Below, piece by piece: positions 51,546-59,302 of a DNA stretch of 64,000 nt (its first letter is position 1; every line of letters starts with the position of its first letter). A program made the translations under genes and the position numbers. Source of the DNA: a virus; IMG/VR virus record IMGVR_UViG_3300046616_000188. One strand, given 5' to 3'. Under the pieces are notes generated by a model. It was not told the origin of the DNA and made no database searches. It saw nothing but the letters and a program-made list of their open reading frames with translations.

Positions 51546-52064
51546 ATGGGTTATATTACAACATTTACGGGGATTGATTTTAATCCCCTAAAATTTACTG
51601 AAGATGATTTTGATATTGAAGATATTGCCCACGCCCTCTCGATGAATTGCAGATGGGCCGGTCATTGTAGCGCTTTCTACAGCGTGGCACAGCACAGCGT
51701 TTATGTGAGCCGCTTCATGCAGAAGTTTCAGATGCACGGCCTGATTCATGACGGCAGCGAAGCTTATGGCTCAGACATGCCAACACCGTTCAAAAATATT
51801 CTTCCCGATTTTAGGAAATTGGAAGATAATATCCAGAACAAGATTTATAAAAAGTTCTTGGGTCGGATTCCTACCGATGAAGAACATAGTTATTTAAAGA
51901 TTTATGATCGTCTACTCCTTGACTTTGAAGGCACAACGTTTATTAAGCATTGGGCCGCAAGGATCGACACTTCTATCATCAAGCAAGTGGATGAGAAGTT
52001 CCACCCTTGGACACCGAGTGAAGCTAAGGAAGAATTTCTCAAAGAATTCAGAAAATTAGTGTAA
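51546..52064 (+). CDS. HD-domain 5'-deoxynucleotidase (YfbR-like)
   Basis: IEDIAHALS..CRW.GH...YSVAQHS...LIHDGSEAY..D.P.P.K. Confidence 0.85.
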   Translation: MGYITTFTGIDFNPLKFTEDDFDIEDIAHALSMNCRWAGHCSAFYSVAQHSVYVSRFMQKFQMHGLIHDGSEAYGSDMPTPFKNILPDFRKLEDNIQNKIYKKFLGRIPTDEEHSYLKIYDRLLLDFEGTTFIKHWAARIDTSIIKQVDEKFHPWTPSEAKEEFLKEFRKLV

Positions 52065-52087
52065 TAAAAATACTGGAAATTAGTGTA

Positions 52088-53365
52088 ATGGATATTACTG
52101 CAATTACTACTGTAGCGGAGTCGCAGTTCCATACTTGGCTACAGGCTCAGTTGCATAACGACTTCCTCGTGGCAGGTATCGGCACTGTTGCCCTTTCAGG
52201 GATTATGTATGCCCTCAAAAGCATTCCCGGTAAGATTTGGAACGCCCTTTATCACAGATCGACTATCACGATCAACGTCTTCAGTGATAACGAGAATTTC
52301 GTTGATGTGGTGACAGAATTCAATCGCCACACCATCAACTTCCTTTCCCGTCAAAACATCCTAGACGGCGATAAAATGAGTGTGGGCCTCGGCACTTCTT
52401 GGACCCGATTCAGAGGGCATCTGGTAAAGATTAACCGCCAGAAGGAAAAGTCTGATAGCAAGGATTTCAAGCAAGACTTGACCGTGACGCATTTCTTTTC
52501 CTCAAAGAAAAAGGTATTAAAGCTTTATGAAGATTTCTTTGAAGAGAAGAAGGCGAAGAAGAAAGACAGCATCAAAATCTACTCCTTGACCAAGGATTGG
52601 GTGCAGCATCTGAAAGATATGCCGAAGCGGAGCCGCGAAGGCGTCTTCATCTCTCCAGACGTTCTTGAGCACATTGAAAAAAGAATTAAGTTCTTTCAAA
52701 ATAATAGAGCTTGGTATGAGGATCGCGGCATCCCTTATAAGTATGCAATTCTTCTGCACGGTGTTCCCGGAACTGGTAAAACAACATTAGCGAAATATAT
52801 TGCATCTATTACGAACCGGCACGTAGTAATGGTAAGCCCGACACGACTCCCCGGTCTGGCGTTAGCGCTAAACGGCATTTATGATCCAGACGACAGGCAG
52901 GAACGAGCTTCTTATCTAGGGATTATGGAAGATATTGACACAGATAACATCACAGCTAAACGGAGTGAAGCACCAGATGATGCCGATGACGATGGTGAAG
53001 TGATCGTTGGAAACGATGGCGAAAAGTTCAGCCTGATTACCCTTGCCGATCTCCTGAACGCTATCGATGGGATAAATTCGCCTGAGAATTTCATTCTGGT
53101 CGCAACCACTAATCACTTAGGAAAGCTCGATCCTGCGTTGTTCAGGAAGGGTCGCTTCGATGATGTGATTGAAATTAAACCTCTCGAAACACCTGAGATT
53201 ATCCGCATGGTTAAATTCTTCTTCGAAAGACAAGATGCCAAAGGATTTGCCAAGGAGTATGAGCCGATCCCCGGCGCTGTGTTGCAAGATATTATTCTTC
53301 AATATTATGACGACGGTATTGAAAAGACAATAGAGGTTTTGAATGAAAAATTTAGCAGAGTTTGA
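52088..53365 (+). CDS. BCS1-like membrane-anchored AAA+ ATPase
   Basis: N-terminal TM; WYEDRGIPYK..LLHGVPGTGKT; MEDID; LLNAIDG; TTNH..KLDPAL.RKGRFD. Confidence 0.82.
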   Translation: MDITAITTVAESQFHTWLQAQLHNDFLVAGIGTVALSGIMYALKSIPGKIWNALYHRSTITINVFSDNENFVDVVTEFNRHTINFLSRQNILDGDKMSVGLGTSWTRFRGHLVKINRQKEKSDSKDFKQDLTVTHFFSSKKKVLKLYEDFFEEKKAKKKDSIKIYSLTKDWVQHLKDMPKRSREGVFISPDVLEHIEKRIKFFQNNRAWYEDRGIPYKYAILLHGVPGTGKTTLAKYIASITNRHVVMVSPTRLPGLALALNGIYDPDDRQERASYLGIMEDIDTDNITAKRSEAPDDADDDGEVIVGNDGEKFSLITLADLLNAIDGINSPENFILVATTNHLGKLDPALFRKGRFDDVIEIKPLETPEIIRMVKFFFERQDAKGFAKEYEPIPGAVLQDIILQYYDDGIEKTIEVLNEKFSRV

Positions 53366-54116
53366 TTATCTTAAGGCTCTTGAAAAATCTTATGAAGATT
53401 ACGTCCCTGACCATTTTTATATGATCGCTCGACTGGATGGACATGCGTTTCACACATTCACCAGAGGTTTGAAACGTCCGTTCGATCAGACCCTGCGTGA
53501 AACCATGGCTGATGTTACCAAGAGCTTGATGGAAAAGTTTGGCGCGACAGAGGCGTTTACCCAATCAGATGAAATCACTTTGATTTGGAAGCCCCGCATG
53601 AATCGCAACGAGACAGCCTTGGTGCCGCATCCGCATAAGGGACGTGTGGCCAAACTGTGCTCCCTAATGTCGAGCCATTGCAGCGTTGAATTTTATAAAT
53701 TAATTCATCAGTACCATGACGGTAGATATGACGGTTTTGATTGCCGCATTTATGGCGGCTCTGAAAAGACCGCAACTGATTCACTTCGGTTCAGGTTCAT
53801 TGATGCTGCATGCAACGCGTATCAGCAAGTGGCTCAATCAATCTGGTCACCTAAACGACTTCACGGCATGTCGGTCCAAGACATTAAAACCGCGCTGCGT
53901 GAAGAGGTTTTGATAAATCCTTTTGAAGCATATGGCGATGACGCTATGCTCGGAGTGTGGTTCTATAAGGAAGATATCACAACGACTAGCTCGCCCATGG
54001 AACTTTGGGGTAAAGAAGCGGTGATGATCCAAAGGACTGGAAGGCAAAGGATCGTCCGATCCAACGGCGCAGAAATGATGAAGAGGATTAAAGAGAATGC
54101 TTTATTGGAGAGTTGA
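53343..54116 (+). CDS. thg1: tRNA-His guanylyltransferase (Thg1)-like 3'-5' polymerase
   Basis: RLDGHAFH.FT...RPFD, FTQSDEITL, KLCSLMSS, FDCRI. Confidence 0.85.
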   Translation: MKNLAEFDYLKALEKSYEDYVPDHFYMIARLDGHAFHTFTRGLKRPFDQTLRETMADVTKSLMEKFGATEAFTQSDEITLIWKPRMNRNETALVPHPHKGRVAKLCSLMSSHCSVEFYKLIHQYHDGRYDGFDCRIYGGSEKTATDSLRFRFIDAACNAYQQVAQSIWSPKRLHGMSVQDIKTALREEVLINPFEAYGDDAMLGVWFYKEDITTTSSPMELWGKEAVMIQRTGRQRIVRSNGAEMMKRIKENALLES

Positions 54117-54308
54117 ATTAAACGATATTAGCTTTACCGAAGATATGCTTTTCAAGTCTGAAGAGGCGGCTTACGCCTATCTCTCGGAGCAATCTGAGGT
54201 TCAACAATACATGGAAGAAATGGAATACGCTAGCGTTGAGGAAATTTTTGCCGATGGCAACATGATCCTCTTGGATATGTACCTTCACGATCCTGCTGAA
54301 TGATTTTA

Positions 54309-54374
54309 GACCCTCCCCAAATTAATTTAAATTGGGGAAGGTCCCTTGACTTTTTAATTTTTATATGATACACA
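54309..54374 (+). promoter_or_regulatory. CCTCCCCA-family hairpin abutting a sigma70 promoter
   Basis: Stem 54309-20/54332-43 with one mismatch; TTGACT(54346-51)-N17-TACACA with TGn. Confidence 0.55.
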
Positions 54375-54416
54375 TTGATCTAGATTTAAACCTTTAAAAG
54401 TAGAAAAACAAAAAGA

Positions 54417-56000
54417 ATGAATTTATCTGATAAGGAAATTTTTACTGCCATTAAAAAGTATGGCAGTGCCCGTAAAGCAGCACAAGCCCTTGGCATTCCT
54501 AAGTCAACTTTCTCAGACGCGGTGCGGCGTACCCGCTCTGGCCAGATTACCGAGACTAAAGTTATTAAGCCGGTAATCCTCAAAGCCCCTAAGAAAAAAG
54601 GTGCGGTAAAGCGCTACATCCTGACCAGCGTTCAAGACGGAACAAAGATTCACCCGTTCTTCAATGTTCTAAAAGTTTACGCCGAATATCTAGATGCGGA
54701 AATTATGGTGTCGGGTTACACCTATAACAAGTCTCTGTTTCAGGAGCATAGCAAGCACAAAGTTGTGTTCCCCGCTGAAGTCCTGCCATATCTCACAAAT
54801 GATCGCGTCTTGCTCGGTGACAAGGTTGTATTTTGCGGTGAGATGAATATCCTACCCACGGCAAGTGATCCACTGCTAGGCCTTAAGACGTACACAGAAA
54901 ATAAATGGGGAATCATTCCGCACGCCAAGATCAGACTTGAATCCGTGCCTATGATGAAGGGCGATCCGGCTAAGATCGTCATGACCACTGGCACAATCTC
55001 TAAGCCTAATTATGTGCAGAAGCGCGCCGGATTGATTGCTGAATTCCATCACACCTACGGCGCTGTTTTGGTTGAAGTTTGTGCCAACGGCGAATTCTTC
55101 TGTCGCCACCTCATGGGCGAAGACGACACCGGCAATTTCTATGATCTAACCAGATACGTCACGGCAGAAGGAGTTGTAGAAGGTAACCGAGTCGCAGCTA
55201 TAGGTTGGGGCGACATTCACTACGAAAAACTTGACGAAACAGCCGCTATTGCCGCGCTCGGTTACTCACCTCTAATGAAGAGTAATGTCGTCAGCGATTC
55301 TCTCTTGGACATCTTGAAACCGTATCATCAGTTCTTTCACGATACTATCGACTTTCGCTCCCGAAACCACCACTCTATCAACGATCCACATTTCCGGTTT
55401 GAGATGTGGGTAAATAATACTGAGAGCGTGGAGCACGATCTTACGAACGCGGCGCTGTTCCTCAGTAAGACTAAGCGTGACTGGTGTACGAGTGTTATCA
55501 TTGAATCTAATCACGATACCGCCCTATCTAAATGGTTGAAGACCGGTGATTACAGGCAAGACCCTGTAAACGCTATACTTTTTCTCGAAACGCAACTCGG
55601 GAAATACAAAGCCATCCGTGACGGCGATGCGAAGTATAACATTTTTTGGGAAGCGATCAAGCGCTACAGTCCTGATAATGCGCAAGGCCTTGTTTTCGTT
55701 CCAGAAGATAGCTCGTATCAGGTCTGTGGCATCGAAATGGGGATGCACGGCCACCTCGGAGCCAATGGGGCTCGCCCCTCGCCTCGCTCCTTCTCTCGCA
55801 TGGGAACGAAGGCTAACACGGCTCATGCTCACAGTGCCTCTATCTTCGACGGGATTTGGACCCAAGGCGTGATGGGCAAGCTCGATATGGGTTATAACAA
55901 GGGCCTAAGCTCTTGGAGCCCGACTCACACCATAACTCATCTCAACGCTAAGAGGCAAATGTTGACCATGAGCCCTAGCGGTAGATTTTATGCAGAATGA
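54417..56000 (+). CDS. N-terminal HTH plus calcineurin-like phosphoesterase domain protein
   Basis: GSARKAAQALGIPKSTFSD; WGDIH, HDTIDF, ESNHD, MHGH, AHAH. Confidence 0.7.
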   Translation: MNLSDKEIFTAIKKYGSARKAAQALGIPKSTFSDAVRRTRSGQITETKVIKPVILKAPKKKGAVKRYILTSVQDGTKIHPFFNVLKVYAEYLDAEIMVSGYTYNKSLFQEHSKHKVVFPAEVLPYLTNDRVLLGDKVVFCGEMNILPTASDPLLGLKTYTENKWGIIPHAKIRLESVPMMKGDPAKIVMTTGTISKPNYVQKRAGLIAEFHHTYGAVLVEVCANGEFFCRHLMGEDDTGNFYDLTRYVTAEGVVEGNRVAAIGWGDIHYEKLDETAAIAALGYSPLMKSNVVSDSLLDILKPYHQFFHDTIDFRSRNHHSINDPHFRFEMWVNNTESVEHDLTNAALFLSKTKRDWCTSVIIESNHDTALSKWLKTGDYRQDPVNAILFLETQLGKYKAIRDGDAKYNIFWEAIKRYSPDNAQGLVFVPEDSSYQVCGIEMGMHGHLGANGARPSPRSFSRMGTKANTAHAHSASIFDGIWTQGVMGKLDMGYNKGLSSWSPTHTITHLNAKRQMLTMSPSGRFYAE

Positions 56001-56020
56001 ATTTTAAAAGGAATTTTTAA

Positions 56021-56455
56021 TTGACCAATAAATTACTTTATAAAAAGGGTTACCTTATCCGTGTCACGTCGTGGGAAAACGACGCGGACAACTATAAGAC
56101 TGCCGAAATGCATCTCCCTACCGAAGAAGGCATGAAACAAGCCGTCGAATTTGCCAAGCTGTTTGAAGAGTCATTTCATGGTGGCGGTATCGGCAATATT
56201 CACGGCGATTATCATAGCGAAGAAATCGCCGGGGCTCTTGAAACTTTACAAAAGTTCTATGAGAAGTATCCAAACTTCTTCGATGAGACACCTGAAAATC
56301 CAGAATACGTCACTGATTGGCTCATGGAAGTTGCTCACGATCTAGGCCTATCTGGCGGTGAATGGTTTACCAGAGTCTGCGACAAGATCGAAGTGTATCG
56401 TTTCGACCAAGATGTTTATTGTGAGGATTTGTCCAGAGAATTTAATAATGGGTGA
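56021..56455 (+). CDS. hypothetical protein
   Basis: 144-aa ORF with TTG start; SWENDADNY motif. Confidence 0.55.
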   Translation: MTNKLLYKKGYLIRVTSWENDADNYKTAEMHLPTEEGMKQAVEFAKLFEESFHGGGIGNIHGDYHSEEIAGALETLQKFYEKYPNFFDETPENPEYVTDWLMEVAHDLGLSGGEWFTRVCDKIEVYRFDQDVYCEDLSREFNNG

Positions 56456-56667
56456 ACGCAACGGCGATCCGGCGAAGCAGCCTCCAGAATGTAAACCAGT
56501 CTTCACGCCGTTCTCTGCTGAATTCCCTAAGTCTATTTGGGACGTTGGCTATGGGAAGTGGTCAACTTGCCCCAACCTGTATGAATCGGGCGGCGACATG
56601 GAGACTGAGGTTTATAACTGTGACGTTTGCGGAAAATATTACACTCTTTATTACGAAGATATGAAAT

Positions 56668-56697
56668 AAAAAGAGGCGCGGACCATTGATCCGCGCC
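56668..56697 (-). terminator. terminator between convergent genes
   Basis: GGCGCGGA-N7-TCCGCGCC with an A tract on its left. Confidence 0.65.
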
Positions 56698-56705
56698 CGC
56701 CAAAA

Positions 56706-57044
56706 TTAAAATTCGTCTTCGATTTCGGATTCCTTCAGATCGTAAATTCTGTCGGAGACTTCATAGCCATGGATAAGGTCAAGTAAGATGTTCCGTCCCT
56801 CGAAAACTGCTTCGAAGTCGCTTTTTGTGAAGACGATGTCTGGAAGCTTTTCCATCCGCTCGGCGTAGAGTGTGCCCATCTCATCAACGTAAGCATCTTC
56901 AGAGACTGCCCGAAGATTGATCGTGATTTTATCAAGGCGCAAACTGCCAAAATTTTTCTGCCAGTTACGCAAGGCTTCCTCAACACCTTTAGCCTTACCC
57001 CAAGAGTGATAGCCAACGGCCATGACATGAGTGAGTTTTTTCAT
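56706..57044 (-). CDS. stand-alone antisense-oriented hypothetical protein
   Basis: Has its own AAGGAG RBS, promoter and terminator. Confidence 0.7.
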   Translation of the reverse strand: MKKLTHVMAVGYHSWGKAKGVEEALRNWQKNFGSLRLDKITINLRAVSEDAYVDEMGTLYAERMEKLPDIVFTKSDFEAVFEGRNILLDLIHGYEVSDRIYDLKESEIEDEF

Positions 57045-57080
57045 TTGTGTCTCCTTATTTGAAATAACCTTACAATCACC

Positions 57081-57109
57081 AATGTAAGGAAACTAAACGA
57101 ATTTGTCAA
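57081..57109 (-). promoter_or_regulatory. sigma70-type promoter
   Basis: TTGACA(57109-04)-N17-TACATT(57086-81). Confidence 0.6.
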
Positions 57110-57324
57110 CACTAGGAAAACAAAATTATGAAAATTATCGGGAAAAATAAGTACGGAAGAGCTAAGGTTGCTGATATTTTAATCGCTGAAAACGTCGATC
57201 CCACTTACGCTTGGACCATGGCTGATCACCTGAACGGACAAAACTACATCGGGCAAGACAGCGAAACTTTTTTTAATGTTGAAAGAGATGATTACGTCCT
57301 CTGGTCCGGTGAAAAAATAATTAA

Positions 57325-57786
57325 ATGACTTTACAAATTAAAAAATATGTGTTAGGGTTTGCATTCTGGCGTGATCAAGTCGCTCTGATTTATAAAACCA
57401 AAGGTCCTGAATATGTCATCGGGACATGGAACGGGATCGGCGGCAAAATCGAAGATACTGACCTAAGTATTTATCACGCCATGTCCAGAGAATTTTTGGA
57501 AGAAACCGGCGTACCCATCATCCCCGGTCTGTGGCAGCATTTCGCCACGCAGTCTGGCCTGTCATGGGACGCGGTTGGTTACGAGCTTAATTGCTTTCGT
57601 ATCTTCCTAAATCCTGATCAGGAATTTTTCTATCACATTGTGAATACAGAAGGCGACGGAGAAGAAGTGGCTTGGTGGGATTATCGTGACGTAAACTTTG
57701 ACAAATTCTGTACCCCAAATCTTCAATGGATCATCCCTCTCGCTCTGGATAAGACAACGGGCTTTTTGGAGATTAACGAACGGTGA
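57325..57786 (+). CDS. Nudix hydrolase
   Basis: GIGGKIE...AMSREFLEETG. Confidence 0.8.
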   Translation: MTLQIKKYVLGFAFWRDQVALIYKTKGPEYVIGTWNGIGGKIEDTDLSIYHAMSREFLEETGVPIIPGLWQHFATQSGLSWDAVGYELNCFRIFLNPDQEFFYHIVNTEGDGEEVAWWDYRDVNFDKFCTPNLQWIIPLALDKTTGFLEINER

Positions 57787-58236
57787 AAGTTTTTGCGCTA
57801 GAACTGGAATACGAGGATGCTACCGGCGAACCTCATTTTGAACTTCGCGGTATTTTTAAAACTTACGATGATGCGTATTGGCATTATGAATGGCACGTCT
57901 CAGACGCCGATAAAGCTAATTACATCGGTTACAACATAACAAAATGGGAACTAAAAATCTAATGTATTCAATTAGATACCTCCTCAAAAAAGACGGCTCA
58001 CAGATCGCGTTCTGGAATTACAATGCCAGTGACAACCTGTCCAAAGCACTTGAACTGGCTTACAAATTCGGAACAGTGAATAACAATACGGTTATTTCGA
58101 ATTCTGGCTGGATCAAGGAAGATGTGAATTTTTATAGAATGAAAATTACCTACGCCGCTACTCTTCCCGACGATACTAATTTCTCATTGCACATCTCTGT
58201 GTCCCTCACCAGTGAGACGCATAAATCAAATGTCTA

Positions 58237-58552
58237 ATGTCAAAGGTTCACAATAAGTATCACAACACCGCCCCTAACGGGGCCGTATATTGCGGTCGTG
58301 GCTCAGCGTATGGAAACCCTTTCATCATCGGAAAAGATGGTGATCGTGACACGGTATGCGACAACCTTCTTCAAATTGATTTGAAGAAGGTTAATTTGAA
58401 ACTTTAATTCTTCCTACTCTCGATGTATCAGATTTGAAAGGTAAAGATTTGGTTTGCTTAGTCGTGAAAACAATTAAATTGTTTTTACAACAAGCAAGCC
58501 GAAACGTTGCCACTGTGATGCTATTCTATTAAAAGCTAATAAAGAAGAAAAA
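58237..58552 (+). pseudogene. DUF4326-like gene broken into three reading frames by two palindromic inserts
   Basis: MSKVHNKYH..AVYCGRGS.YGNPF.IG.DG.RD.VCD / KFETLILPTLDVSDLKGKDLVC / KPKRCHCDAILLKAN. Confidence 0.75.
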
Positions 58553-59302
58553 ATGGTACACCAATCTACAGGAGAATTCTGGCACGGAGATTGTCTAGAA
58601 TTAATGAAAGATATTCCAGATGGCTCGATAGATATGATCTTGTGTGATCTTCCGTATGGTACAACTCAAAATAAATGGGACGCGGTCATTCCTTTTGAAC
58701 CTTTATGGAAGCAATATTGGCGAGTGTGTAAACCAACAGCTATGATTGCTCTAACCGCAAGTCAACCTTTTACCAGTGCTTTAGTTATGTCTCAGCCAAA
58801 GTTTTTTAAACACGAATGGATTTGGATAAAAAATAGAGGAAGTAATTTTGCCAATACTGTTAGAGAACCAATGAAAGAGCATGAAAGCGTTCTAATGTTC
58901 TCTAAGGGAAAGTGGGTTTACAACAAACAGATGCAGCCAAGAACAGGTGGTGGTTTAGACATGGTGGGGGCGGTGAAGAAGGATAAAGGCGGCAAAACAG
59001 ATAATTTCGGTAAGTTTGAAGGTATAGATATCACCCTGTCTGAATTAAGGGTTCCATCATCTTGGCAAAAATTTAATTGCGAGGTGGGGATTCACCCGAC
59101 ACAAAAGCCCGTCCCTTTGTTCGAGTATTTAATTAAAACTTACACGAACGAGGGTGAAACGGTTCTTGATAATACCGCTGGGTCGGGAACTACAGCTATA
59201 GCCGCGATCAATACAAACCGAAATTGGATTTGTATTGAGAAAGATGAAAAATATTACAATAGCGCTTGTGATAGAATCGAAAACCATAAGAAGAAAAAAT
59301 GA
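58553..59302 (+). CDS. beta-class N6-A/N4-C DNA methyltransferase
   Basis: GDCLELM, DLPYG (motif IV), HPTQKP, VLDNTAGSGTTA (motif I). Confidence 0.9.
   Translation: MVHQSTGEFWHGDCLELMKDIPDGSIDMILCDLPYGTTQNKWDAVIPFEPLWKQYWRVCKPTAMIALTASQPFTSALVMSQPKFFKHEWIWIKNRGSNFANTVREPMKEHESVLMFSKGKWVYNKQMQPRTGGGLDMVGAVKKDKGGKTDNFGKFEGIDITLSELRVPSSWQKFNCEVGIHPTQKPVPLFEYLIKTYTNEGETVLDNTAGSGTTAIAAINTNRNWICIEKDEKYYNSACDRIENHKKKK

Noticed and set aside
58357-58400. Translational bypass (T4 gene 60 or byp-like hop) over the 29-nt palindromic insert
   Set aside because: No matching take-off and landing codons 29 nt apart (GAC/GGT, AAC/TAA) and no stop directly after a take-off codon.
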